Source: Gemmatimonadota bacterium (GTDB taxonomy: Bacteria; Gemmatimonadota; Gemmatimonadetes; Gemmatimonadales; GWC2-71-9). From it: a stretch of DNA of 64,000 nucleotides. Position 1 is the stretch's first letter. The number at the start of each line of letters is the position of its first letter. The notes below the pieces were generated by a model. It was not told the origin of the DNA and did not search any database. It worked only from the letters and a program-made list of their open reading frames with translations. The stretch lies in the NCBI GenBank assembly GCA_041497135.1, contig JBGQFX010000002.1, positions 30,355 through 94,354 of the forward strand, given 5' to 3'. The position numbers and the translations under genes were made by a program. Of the stretch, positions 55,647 to 64,000 are shown piece after piece.

Positions 55647-57524
55647 ATGTTCGCTTTGCTTACCGTCACCGCGTTCGCGCTCCAGTCTCCCGTCGCCGAC
55701 ACCTCCCCGTTTCGGGCGCTTGCGCTGCCGAGCGCGTCCCGGGTACGCTCGAGCTCGGGCGCCCCGGGACCCGACTATTGGCAGCAGGAAGCGAGCTATA
55801 CGATCCGGGCCAGCCTGGACACCGGCTCGAGCCTGCTCACGGGCACGGAGACGATTCACTATGTGAATCACTCGCCCGACGCGCTCGAGTTCGTGTGGGT
55901 GCAGATCGAGCAGAACATCTCGGCCCAGAACAGCATCACGTATCAGCTGAATCAGCCACCGTTGCACTTCGCCGGCGGCGCCGTCTTCGATTTCACAGCC
56001 AAAGGGTTCATCGGCGGGATCGGGATCGACCGCTTCGCCGCGGCCGGCAAGGAGCTGACCCGGACCGAGTACGGCACCATGATGCGGGTCGAGCTGCCGG
56101 CGCCGCTCGCGGCGGGCGCCGCGATCGATTTCGACGTGGCGTGGCACTTCCCAGTCCCGCCCTATGGCAGCGGCCGCATGGGCCGGGTCGGCAACCGCCT
56201 GTACGAGATCGCCCAGTGGTACCCGCGTCTGGTGGTGTACGACGACGTGAACGGCTGGAACCCCCTGCCCTACATCGGCGCCGGGGAGTTCTATCTCGAG
56301 TACGGGAACTACGACGTCAGTCTCACGCTCCCGGCGGGATACGTCGTCGCGGCGACCGGCACGGTGCAGAATCCCACCGAGGTGTGGTCGCCGGCACTGC
56401 GGCAGCGGCTCGAGCAGGCGAAAACCGCCATCGACCGCGTACAGGTCGTCACCAAGGCCGAAGCGACGGCCAACGGCACGCACGCCACGGCCGGTCTGAA
56501 GACGTGGCACCTCACCGCCACCACCGTGCGCGACTTCGCCTGGGCCGCCTCGCCCGATTTCCGGTGGGACGCGAGTGGGTGGAACGGCGTGCAGATCAAC
56601 ACGTTCTACCGCCCCAGCGCCGCGCCGTGGGAAGAAGCGAACCGGATGGCGCGGTTCACGATTCAGCACTTCAGCGAAACGTGGCGCATGTATCCGTGGC
56701 CGCACGCCACGACCGTCGAAGGCCTGATCGAAGGCATGGAGTATCCGATGCTCACCTTCGTGCCGTCGATCGAGAAACGCGAGGATCAATTCTGGGTGCT
56801 GATGCACGAGTTCGGGCACGAGTGGTTTCCGATGATCGTCGGCTCCGACGAGCGGCGCTTTCCGTGGATGGACGAAGGCTTCAACACCTTCATCGACTAC
56901 GGGGCCGCCGAGGGATACTTCAAGGGGACCGCCTACGGCGACACCGTGCGGCGCGAGCTGCTCACGGCGTTTCAGGTCTCCGCCATCCCGGGCAACGAAC
57001 AACCGCTGATCACCAAGCCGGTCGAGCAGCGCGACCTGGCGTGGGGCGCCTACCAGAAGCCGGCGTTGATGCTCACCGTGCTGCGCGATCACGTCCTAGG
57101 ACGCGAGACCTTCGAGCGCGCCATGCGCGAATACGTGCGGCGCTGGGAATTCAAGCATCCTCAGCCGGCCGACTTCTTCCGCACCATGGCGAACGTGAGC
57201 GGGCGGGACCTGGACTGGTTCTGGCGTGGCTGGATCTACACGACGGCGCGACTCGATCAGGCGGTCGACTCGGTGCGTGCCGTCGCCGGCGATTCGACCT
57301 ACGTCTATCTCTCGAACCGGGGCCAGATGGTGCTGCCGGTGACGCTCGAGCTGCGCTACGCCGACGGGTCGCGCGAGACGCGCCAGCTCCCCGTGGAGAT
57401 GTGGAACCTAGGCGACCGCTTCACGGCCCGATTCGCGACGCCGAAATCGGTGACGGGTGTCGTGGTGGATCCGACGGCGAGTCTGCCGGATGTGAATCGG
57501 GGGAATAATCAGTGGAGGAACTGA
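55647..57524 (+). CDS. M1-family zinc metallopeptidase (secreted)
   Basis: 625 aa. Signal peptide, and HEFGHEWFPMIVGSDERRFPWMDEGF (HExxH-x18-E). Confidence 0.92.
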   Translation: MFALLTVTAFALQSPVADTSPFRALALPSASRVRSSSGAPGPDYWQQEASYTIRASLDTGSSLLTGTETIHYVNHSPDALEFVWVQIEQNISAQNSITYQLNQPPLHFAGGAVFDFTAKGFIGGIGIDRFAAAGKELTRTEYGTMMRVELPAPLAAGAAIDFDVAWHFPVPPYGSGRMGRVGNRLYEIAQWYPRLVVYDDVNGWNPLPYIGAGEFYLEYGNYDVSLTLPAGYVVAATGTVQNPTEVWSPALRQRLEQAKTAIDRVQVVTKAEATANGTHATAGLKTWHLTATTVRDFAWAASPDFRWDASGWNGVQINTFYRPSAAPWEEANRMARFTIQHFSETWRMYPWPHATTVEGLIEGMEYPMLTFVPSIEKREDQFWVLMHEFGHEWFPMIVGSDERRFPWMDEGFNTFIDYGAAEGYFKGTAYGDTVRRELLTAFQVSAIPGNEQPLITKPVEQRDLAWGAYQKPALMLTVLRDHVLGRETFERAMREYVRRWEFKHPQPADFFRTMANVSGRDLDWFWRGWIYTTARLDQAVDSVRAVAGDSTYVYLSNRGQMVLPVTLELRYADGSRETRQLPVEMWNLGDRFTARFATPKSVTGVVVDPTASLPDVNRGNNQWRN

Positions 57525-57526
57525 CG

Positions 57527-57603
57527 TGATCGGTCATCGGTGATCAGTATTCGGTGGTTCGATGCCTATGACCGATCACCGATGACCGATGACCGATGAC
57601 CGA
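57527..57603. repeat. family C palindrome (C2): five heptamer units per arm
   Basis: Left arm TGATCGG TCATCGG TGATCAG TATTCGG TGGTTCG; right arm ATGACCG ATCACCG ATGACCG ATGACCG ATGACCG. 57529-57545 pairs perfectly (17 bp) with 57574-57590. It fills the convergent gap between the M1 stop (57524) and the pntB stop (57604). Confidence 0.85.
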
Positions 57604-59010
57604 CTAGTGGAGGCCACCGCCAGCGAACTGCTTCACCAGGTCGCCGATCACCCCTTTGGCGTCGCCGAACAGCATCCAGGTGTTGTCCAGCACGTACAGC
57701 TCATTGTCGATCCCGGCGAATCCGGGTTTCTTGCTCCGTTTGATCGCCAGCACGGTCCGGGCCTTGTCCGCGTCGATGATCGGCATGCCGTAGATCGGTG
57801 AGTCCTTGGCATAGCGGGCGGCCGGGTTCACGACGTCGTTCGCGCCGATCACGAGCGCCACGTCGCACTGCGGCATTTCCGGATTGATCTCGTCCATCTC
57901 GACCAGCGCCGTGTACGGGATGTCGGCTTCGGCGAGCAGCACGTTCATGTGCCCCGGCATGCGGCCGGCGACGGGATGGATGGCGAACTTGACCATGACG
58001 CCGCGCTTGGTGAGCTGATCGTACAGCTCGCGCACCTTGTGCTGCGCCTGCGCCACCGCCATGCCGTACCCGGGAATGATGACCACGAGCCGCGCCTGCT
58101 CCAGCAGCTGCGCCGCGCCCTCGGGCGATTCCTGCTTCCACACCCGCTGCTCCTCGGATGCCTTCGCCTTTTGCACCGTGCCGAACGCGCCGAACAGCAC
58201 GTTCGTGAACGAGCGGTTCATGGCCCGGCACATGATGATCGACAGGATGAGACCGCTCGAGCCGTCGAGCGCCCCCGCGGTCACCAGCAGCTTGCTGTCC
58301 AGCACGAACCCCATCGCCACCGCCGCCAGTCCGGCGTAGGAGTTCAGGATCGAGATGACGGTGGGCATGTCGGCGCCGCCGATCGGGATGATGAGCAGCA
58401 CCCCGAACAGCACGGCGAGGCCGATGATGATCGGGAAGACGGTGGTCGCCCATGGAGCGGTCGGGTGCAGCACCAACATCACGCCGAGCACGCCGGCGGC
58501 CGCCAGCACGCCCAGGTTGACGAAGTTCTGCCCTGGATACGTGACCGGGCGTTGCGGGATCCACTTCACTTCCTGCAGCTTCCCGGCCGCCATGAGGCTG
58601 CCGGTGAACGTGAGGAAGCCGAGGATCACTTCGACGACGAGAGCGCTCATCCGGAAGATCGTGAAATGCTCCGGGCCCTCCCGCAGCCACAGGTAGTACT
58701 CTGCCGTGCCGACGAGGCCCGCCGCGAGCCCGCCGAACGCGTGCGACAGCGCCGTCCGCTGCGGCACCGCCGTGAGCGGCACGCGGGACAGCGGCACCCC
58801 CACGAGGAATCCAGCGGCAATGGCGAGTAGGATCCAGCCGTGGTGCACGATCGCTGGCTGGATCCATGTCGCCAGGACGGCGACGGCCATTCCCGCCACG
58901 CCCGCGTACACGCCCCGGCGCGCGCTCTTCGGATCGTTCATCCAGTAGAGCGCGAAAATGAACAGCGCCGTCGCGGCGATGGCCGCGAACTGCCCGATCG
59001 CCTGGGTCAT
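57604..59010 (-). CDS. pntB: NAD(P) transhydrogenase subunit beta
   Basis: 468 aa. Multi-TM N-terminal half and a C-terminal dIII NADP(H) domain (GYGMAVAQAQ, AIHPVAGRMPGHMNVLLAEA). Confidence 0.95.
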   Translation of the reverse strand: MTQAIGQFAAIAATALFIFALYWMNDPKSARRGVYAGVAGMAVAVLATWIQPAIVHHGWILLAIAAGFLVGVPLSRVPLTAVPQRTALSHAFGGLAAGLVGTAEYYLWLREGPEHFTIFRMSALVVEVILGFLTFTGSLMAAGKLQEVKWIPQRPVTYPGQNFVNLGVLAAAGVLGVMLVLHPTAPWATTVFPIIIGLAVLFGVLLIIPIGGADMPTVISILNSYAGLAAVAMGFVLDSKLLVTAGALDGSSGLILSIIMCRAMNRSFTNVLFGAFGTVQKAKASEEQRVWKQESPEGAAQLLEQARLVVIIPGYGMAVAQAQHKVRELYDQLTKRGVMVKFAIHPVAGRMPGHMNVLLAEADIPYTALVEMDEINPEMPQCDVALVIGANDVVNPAARYAKDSPIYGMPIIDADKARTVLAIKRSKKPGFAGIDNELYVLDNTWMLFGDAKGVIGDLVKQFAGGGLH

Positions 59011-59285
59011 TGTTTCTTGAACATCTTGAGCATGCGGTCGGTGATCAGGAACCCACTGACGATGTTCGTCATCGAGGCGAACAGGGCCACGCCGCCCAGG
59101 ATGCGGATGGTCGTTGGGTAGTCGGCGCCGACCACGACGAGGGACCCGACCACGGCGATCGCCGAGATGGCGTTCGTCAGCGACATGAGCGGCGTGTACA
59201 GCAGTCGTGACACGCGCCGGATCACACCCAGCCCGATGAACGTGGCGAGCACGAACACGAATAACATCGACCAGTAGTCGGTCAT
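59007..59285 (-). CDS. pntA: NAD(P) transhydrogenase subunit alpha part 2 (membrane dII segment)
   Basis: 92 aa from ATG 59285, with an ATGA overlap with the upstream gene. Three TM helices (LTNAISAIAVVG). Confidence 0.88.
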   Translation of the reverse strand: MTDYWSMLFVFVLATFIGLGVIRRVSRLLYTPLMSLTNAISAIAVVGSLVVVGADYPTTIRILGGVALFASMTNIVSGFLITDRMLKMFKKQ

Positions 59286-60373
59286 GACTTGAGCACCTTT
59301 CCGTCGTGGGTCACGCACGTCCCCTTGGTGATCTCGTCGGTGAAGTCGAGCTGGAGCTTGCCCTCCTTCACGAGGTGAGTCAGGAAGCTCCATACGTTCC
59401 GGGCGTACATCTGGCTCGCGTGCAGCGGCAGGGTGGCGGGGAGATTGGTGGGCCCGAGGATCGTGACGCCCTGGTGCTCCACGGTTTTCCCGGCCTGTGT
59501 CAGCTCGCAGTTTCCGCCCGTCTCGGCCGCCAGATCCACGATCACCGCGCCCGGACGCATCCCGTCGACCGCCGCCCGCGTGACGAGGATCGGCGCGCGC
59601 TTCCCGGGAATCGCCGCGGTCGTGATCACCACGTCGGCGTCCCTGACGCTCTTGGCCAGGAACTCGAGCTCGCGCCGATGCTGGTCTTCCGAGAGCTCCT
59701 TGGCATAGCCCCCGGCTCCTTCGGCCTCCACCTGCTGTTCCATCGCGAGAAACTTGGCGCCCAGGCTCTCGACCTGTTCTTTCACCGCGGGTCGCACGTC
59801 GAACGCGGACACAATGGCGCCGAGCCGGCGGGCCGTGGCGATCGCCTGCAGGCCCGCAACCACGGCGCCCAGCACCAGGACGCGGGAAGGCGACAGCGTG
59901 CCGGCGGCGGTCACGAGCATCGGGAAGAACTTCGGCACCGTCTCGGCGGCCAGCAGGACGGCCTTGTAGCCCGCGGCGGTGGCCTGCGAGGAGAGTACAT
60001 CCATCGCCTGGGCGCGGGTGATCCGGGGCAACAACTCGAGGCTGAAGGCGGTGATGCGTCGTTGAGCCAGCTGCTGAACGAGATCGGCGCTCGTGGCGGC
60101 TTGCAGCAGCCCGACCAGGGCGGCGCCCTCTGTCAACCTGCCGACCTCAGCGGGGCTCGGTTTCTGGACCTTGCAGACGATCTCGGCGGTCCACGGGTCG
60201 CCCAGGCTCGCGCCGGCCGAGCGGTAGGCGTCATCCGTGAAGCCGGCGGAGACGCCCGCTCCTCCCTCTACCAGAACCTGATGCCCGTCTTTCACCAGTT
60301 TCGCGACCGTGTCGGGTACCAGCGCGACACGGCGCTCGCCGGCGACAGTCTCTTTCGGGACTCCGAACTTCAT
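59282..60373 (-). CDS. pntA: NAD(P) transhydrogenase subunit alpha part 1 (dI, alanine-dehydrogenase-like)
   Basis: 363 aa. MKFGVPKETVAGERRVAL and VLVLGAVVAGLQAIATARRLGA (Rossmann). Confidence 0.93.
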   Translation of the reverse strand: MKFGVPKETVAGERRVALVPDTVAKLVKDGHQVLVEGGAGVSAGFTDDAYRSAGASLGDPWTAEIVCKVQKPSPAEVGRLTEGAALVGLLQAATSADLVQQLAQRRITAFSLELLPRITRAQAMDVLSSQATAAGYKAVLLAAETVPKFFPMLVTAAGTLSPSRVLVLGAVVAGLQAIATARRLGAIVSAFDVRPAVKEQVESLGAKFLAMEQQVEAEGAGGYAKELSEDQHRRELEFLAKSVRDADVVITTAAIPGKRAPILVTRAAVDGMRPGAVIVDLAAETGGNCELTQAGKTVEHQGVTILGPTNLPATLPLHASQMYARNVWSFLTHLVKEGKLQLDFTDEITKGTCVTHDGKVLKS

Positions 60374-60461
60374 CCGACCCTCGTGTTGTGCGCGGTGTGA
60401 GGAAAGTACAAGGTATGGTTAAAGATGAAAGGTTGATTGAAGCGGCGTTAAAGGCATCTTT

Positions 60462-62561
60462 ATGCGAATGAGCGGATGGAAGGTCGGAAAGTTGGAAGGT
60501 TGGAAGGTCGGGACGTTCCTGCTTTCCGTCTTTCCAACATTCCACCTTTCGGCCCAGTGTCCCGACGGCTCCCCACCGCCGTGCCAGCGCAGCCCGGCTC
60601 CGCCCCGCGTTACGATCGACTCCAACGCCGTCGCGATCCTGCCCTTCCGCGTGAGCGGCCCGCCCGAAGCGCAGTACCTCCGGGAAGGGATGGTGGATCT
60701 CCTCAACGTCGCGCTCGATGGTCTCGCCGGGTGGCGGGTCATCCAGCCACGAGCGTTTCTCCGCCAGGTGAGCGCCGGCGGGGGCGACATCGACGTCCCG
60801 CAAGCTGCCCGCCTCGCGCGCGCCGCCGGTGCCGCGACCTTCGTGCTCGGCAATGTGGTCTCACTCGGTCCGGAGATCCGGGTCCAGGCCGCCCTCTACG
60901 AGTCGACGCGGGGGACATCGCTCGCGTCGGTCCGGGCGCGCGGCGCGGTGGCCCTTCCGGCGCCCGTCGCTGACAGCATCGCCGGGGGCTTGGCGCGACA
61001 GCGGCTCGTGCTGCACGCCGGCGGAACGCGCCACGCCCTCGAGGAATACACGACGACGTCGCCGGTCGCCCTGCAAGCCTATCTGATCGCCGAGCAATTG
61101 GCGCGACACGCTCGATGGCAAGAGGCCGCGGAGAGTCTGACGGTTGCCATCGCGCTCGATTCGACATTCGCCCTGGCCTACTATGGCTTGTACCGGGCGA
61201 TCAGCTGGGGCAACTCCGGACCGATCCTCCAGCAAGCGTCAGGCCGGGCGATTACCCCATACACGATCGATGAGGTGATCCAGGCGGCGCTGCGGCATCT
61301 CGATCGCGCGCCGCCACGCCAGCGGCGGCTGCTCGAGTACGCGTCCGCAACCAATCGCGCCGATGCGCTGCGGCTCGCGGACGGCCTGACGCGGGACTAT
61401 CCGGACGATGCCGATGCCTGGCTGGAGCGTGGCGACGCGTACTTCCATATCGGTTTGGAGAGCGGTGAGCCGCCAACGATTGCGCTCGAGAGTCTGGAAC
61501 GCGCCATCGCGCTCGATCCCCAGGTCCCCGAAGCCTATCTGCACGTGGTCCAGCTGCGCAGCATGCTGGGCGACAGCGCCGGGGCCTGGCAAACGCTCGA
61601 TCGGTTACGCGCCATGGCCTCGACGTGGGAGGCCACCGTCGGATTGGATCTCGCCATGCGCGCCTGGTGGCGAGGAACGGACCCCGCATCGCTCACGGCT
61701 CCGAGCTCCGAAATCGCCTCGATTATTGGGCGTTACCTCCTGCTCATCGGAGACCCATCGCCGGCACGGGCCGTGGCACTCGCCGATTCATTCGCTGTGC
61801 TCGCAGCCACGCCGGATCGCGCCCCCGCCGAGCGCGTGACGGCGCTGCTGCGGGGCCAGGTCTACCATCTCGCCCAGGGGCGACACGCCAGCGCCTGGGA
61901 GCTGCTGCGGCAGGCCGCGGTGCTGGACCCGGCCGGCCAAGAAGTCCTGGGTGCCACGGTGTTGCACCACCTGGTGACCGGCACGCACGCTTCGGAAGCC
62001 GCCGATGCAGCGCGCCAACTGGCGTCGTCGCCAGGGACGTTGCCGTGGTGGGCGGCTGCAGTGCTTGCGTGGCGGGCCGCCGTCACCGAAGCGACGGACT
62101 CAGCCGCAAACACCGTGCGTCAACTGCTCTCCGCCGGGGAGTACGCGACGTTTCGGTCGGCGCTCGGGGACGGACTCTTGGGGCTGGTGTCGCTTCGGGT
62201 CGGAGATACCGTCACGGCACGCCGTGAGCTGGCGCGGGGCAATGTCGCCTGGGTCGAGACCCGCAACATCGAGAAATTCCTTCCCACCCCGGTCCTGGGC
62301 CTCGAGACGGCGCGGCTCGATGTGCGAGCGGGTGATCTCGATGTGGCGAGCCGCCGGCTGTACGAGACCACCGGACCGATCGGCGTCATGTTCCGCGCTC
62401 AAGCCGAGGAGCTGCGCGGCCAGATCGCTCTGCAACGGGCGGACACCGCGGCGGCGATCCGCGCCTACCACAACCTCGTCGACCTGTGGCGGGATGCAGA
62501 TCCCGGGCTGCAGCCACGCGTCGCCGCGGCGCGGGCGGCGTTGGCGAGGCTGGGAAGGTGA
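60462..62561 (+). CDS. TolB-N-like + TPR repeat protein with CPDGSPPPC N-terminal motif
   Basis: 699 aa; the start is uncertain because ATG 60462/60468 and TTG 60492 all lie in or next to the palindrome. ...FLLSVFPTFHLSAQCPDGSPPPCQR, AILPFRVSG...DLLNVALDG, then multiple TPR-like helices to the C-terminus. Confidence 0.8.
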   Translation: MRMSGWKVGKLEGWKVGTFLLSVFPTFHLSAQCPDGSPPPCQRSPAPPRVTIDSNAVAILPFRVSGPPEAQYLREGMVDLLNVALDGLAGWRVIQPRAFLRQVSAGGGDIDVPQAARLARAAGAATFVLGNVVSLGPEIRVQAALYESTRGTSLASVRARGAVALPAPVADSIAGGLARQRLVLHAGGTRHALEEYTTTSPVALQAYLIAEQLARHARWQEAAESLTVAIALDSTFALAYYGLYRAISWGNSGPILQQASGRAITPYTIDEVIQAALRHLDRAPPRQRRLLEYASATNRADALRLADGLTRDYPDDADAWLERGDAYFHIGLESGEPPTIALESLERAIALDPQVPEAYLHVVQLRSMLGDSAGAWQTLDRLRAMASTWEATVGLDLAMRAWWRGTDPASLTAPSSEIASIIGRYLLLIGDPSPARAVALADSFAVLAATPDRAPAERVTALLRGQVYHLAQGRHASAWELLRQAAVLDPAGQEVLGATVLHHLVTGTHASEAADAARQLASSPGTLPWWAAAVLAWRAAVTEATDSAANTVRQLLSAGEYATFRSALGDGLLGLVSLRVGDTVTARRELARGNVAWVETRNIEKFLPTPVLGLETARLDVRAGDLDVASRRLYETTGPIGVMFRAQAEELRGQIALQRADTAAAIRAYHNLVDLWRDADPGLQPRVAAARAALARLGR
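60474..60552. repeat. family A palindrome, complete and 'empty' (8-nt loop)
   Basis: Left arm ggatggaa ggtcggaa agttggaa ggttggaa ggtcggga (60474-60513). Loop cgttcctg. Right arm ctttccgt ctttccaa cattccac ctttcgg (60522-60552). About 70-75% Watson-Crick pairing, plus G-U pairs. It lies over the 5' end of the TPR gene. Confidence 0.8.
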
Positions 62562-62567
62562 GACGGC

Positions 62568-62651
62568 GGTTGGGCGGATGGGCGGATGGGCGGATGGTGG
62601 CATTGGCCACCGCGTTTCTATCCGCCTATCCGACCATCCGACCATCCGTCC
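62568..62651. repeat. family A-variant palindrome (unit GGATGGGC / complement GMCYATCC)
   Basis: Left arm ggttgggc ggatgggc ggatgggc ggatggtg (62568-62599). Apex GGTGGC-attg-GCCACC. Right arm gcctatcc gaccatcc gaccatcc gtcc (62624-62651). It contains ATG 62594 of the next gene. Confidence 0.7.
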
Positions 62652-64000
62652 TCTTCGCCCAGTGCCCCGACGGCTCACCCCCACCCTGCACCCGCCCAGC
62701 TCGCACCGGCCCGGCAGACCGTACGCCGTCACTCACCGTCCTGTATCTCGAAAACGTTTCCCCGGACACGACGGACGTCGCTCTGGCCGATGGCCTGACC
62801 GAGGAGCTCATCGCGCGGCTGTCGCAGGTATCCGGGCTTCGGGTCACGGGACGCTACGGGGCCCTGCGTTACCGCGGCCGTCGCCCGCTCGATCCGCGTA
62901 TCATTGGGCGCGAGTCGGGCGTCCGCTATGTCTTGCAGGGCACCCTGCGCCATAGCGCCGAGCGCGTGCGCGTCGCCGTGGAGATGATCGACGTCACGAC
63001 CGGCTTCAACGTGTGGGGGCAGACGTACGAGCAGGCGAGCCGGGACGTGTTCGCGGTACAGGACTCGGTCGCCGTCCAGGTTGTCGAAGCCGTACGCGGC
63101 CGGCTGACGCGTCAGGAGCTCGCACGACTCACGCCCCGAGTGCCGCCCATCAACAGCGAAGCCTACGACGCCTACCTGCGCGGCACGGCCGTGCTACGGG
63201 CCCGAACCGCCACGGCGGGAGCGAGCGCGATTGCACAGTTCCGTCGCGCGGTATCTCTGGACCCGACCTTCGCCGCCGGCCACGCGCGTCTCGCGGAAGC
63301 GTACGCGCTGGCGGCCATCTGGGGCTGGGACGTTCCCGATGTGCCATACGACAGTCTGGCCGGTCTCGCCCAGCGTGCTGCCGGGCGCGCGCTGGCGCTC
63401 GATTCGACGAACGCGGAATCCTGGCTCGGCGCGGCGATGGCAATGCGGTTCACCGATCCGCGCCGCTCCGTGGGTCTGCACCGGCGCGCCGTTGCGCTCG
63501 ATCCCAGCAGCACCGAAGCCCTACATCAGCTGGCGGCCGGACTCAGAGCCATAGGCGACCAGGATAGCGCCATGGCGACCGAGGATCGCGTGCTGGCGCG
63601 CGATCCATATTACAGCTACGTGTACGCGTTCCAAGCGCAGATCGCGAACAACGCCGGCCGGCCGCTCGAGGCGGTGGCGCGAGCCAGTCGGGGACTCGCG
63701 ATCGATTCCTCCCAGGCGGATACCTATCGGCAGCTGGCCGATGCCGACCTCCAGCTCGGCCGCTTCGGCGAGGCGCGTCTGGCGGCCCAGCGGGCCCTGG
63801 CGCTCGGGGCTCGTCCCACCGCGACCCGGGTGACGCTCGCGCTCGCCGATTTCTTCGCAGGGGACACGAGCCGGGCGCGCACCGCGGTCGATGCCCTGGG
63901 GCGGGAATCGCGCAGGCGGCTGGTCCGCTCACCTGGTGGGTTGCCCTTTTTCGAGGCGGGGTACCTCTCCGCCGCTTATGCGCAGCTCGGGATCGCCGAC
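62594..64000 (+). CDS. TolB-N-like + TPR repeat protein, paralog of 60462..62561 (3' end beyond window)
   Basis: Not in the ORF track (no stop). The frame is open for 469 codons from ATG 62594 to the window end. MVALATAFLSAYPTIRPSVLFAQCPDGSPPPCTR..., LTVLYLENVSPDTTDVALADGLTEELIARL..., then TPR-like repeats (EAYDAYLRG, LDPTFAAGHARLAEAYA ...), ending ...GYLSAAYAQLGIAD. Confidence 0.75.
   Translation, partial: MVALATAFLSAYPTIRPSVLFAQCPDGSPPPCTRPARTGPADRTPSLTVLYLENVSPDTTDVALADGLTEELIARLSQVSGLRVTGRYGALRYRGRRPLDPRIIGRESGVRYVLQGTLRHSAERVRVAVEMIDVTTGFNVWGQTYEQASRDVFAVQDSVAVQVVEAVRGRLTRQELARLTPRVPPINSEAYDAYLRGTAVLRARTATAGASAIAQFRRAVSLDPTFAAGHARLAEAYALAAIWGWDVPDVPYDSLAGLAQRAAGRALALDSTNAESWLGAAMAMRFTDPRRSVGLHRRAVALDPSSTEALHQLAAGLRAIGDQDSAMATEDRVLARDPYYSYVYAFQAQIANNAGRPLEAVARASRGLAIDSSQADTYRQLADADLQLGRFGEARLAAQRALALGARPTATRVTLALADFFAGDTSRARTAVDALGRESRRRLVRSPGGLPFFEAGYLSAAYAQLGIAD

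Overview
This is a high-GC bacterial chromosomal window that is almost fully coding (about 57 CDS). I saw no rRNA, tRNA, CRISPR array, transposase or integrase. All family calls come from motifs I recognise in the translations; nothing was searched. The gene content includes a PIG-L/ThuA-like protein, a sortilin/BNR protein, a TolB-amidohydrolase fusion and TolB-N/TPR proteins with CPDGSPPPC leaders. That mix suggests a Gemmatimonadota- or Acidobacteriota-like soil organism, which is inference only. The window has three parts.

(1) 1-24.7 kb is a metal (Cu/Ag-type) homeostasis island.
- It starts with a glycogen operon: glgA (partial, missing from the ORF track), a CBM48 protein and a YHS-fused alpha-glucan phosphorylase. 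Metal-island small membrane proteins are interleaved with these genes.
- It carries a copA-cupredoxin-YHS operon.
- It carries a sigma54-dependent two-component system (ZraSR-like architecture), with four candidate sigma54 promoters around it. One of them is a perfect consensus.
- It carries a beta-barrel protein with a Gly/Met loop next to a Met/Gln/His-rich SilE/PcoE-like protein.
- It carries an extended cusCBA operon with extra members: a small Cys/His protein, a small TM paralog, a membrane-anchored AlbA_2/Schlafen-like protein and a Met-rich lipoprotein.
- It contains decayed genes: an M50 fragment, a frameshifted PD-(D/E)XK-like gene and a doubly frameshifted patatin.

(2) 24.8-35.1 kb is a seven-gene, tightly coupled minus-strand operon: amidohydrolase, PIG-L, ABC importer, MFS and an AP-superfamily enzyme.

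(3) 35-64 kb holds housekeeping and metabolic genes: gltA, pntAB, a DEAD-box helicase, SURF1, an acyl-CoA dehydrogenase, a GMC oxidoreductase and an M1 peptidase.

The most unusual signal is in part 3. Intergenic gaps there hold long imperfect palindromes in which each arm is a tandem array of a short unit and the other arm is the array of its complement. I see three unit families, of 8, about 13 and 7 nt.
- One 8-mer palindrome carries a four-helix-bundle (23S-IVS/Avd-like) gene in its loop.
- A half palindrome abuts a GIY-YIG gene.
- A near-identical 'empty' copy and a co-varied copy cover the 5' ends of two tandem TPR paralogs.

I saw none of these palindromes in the metal island.
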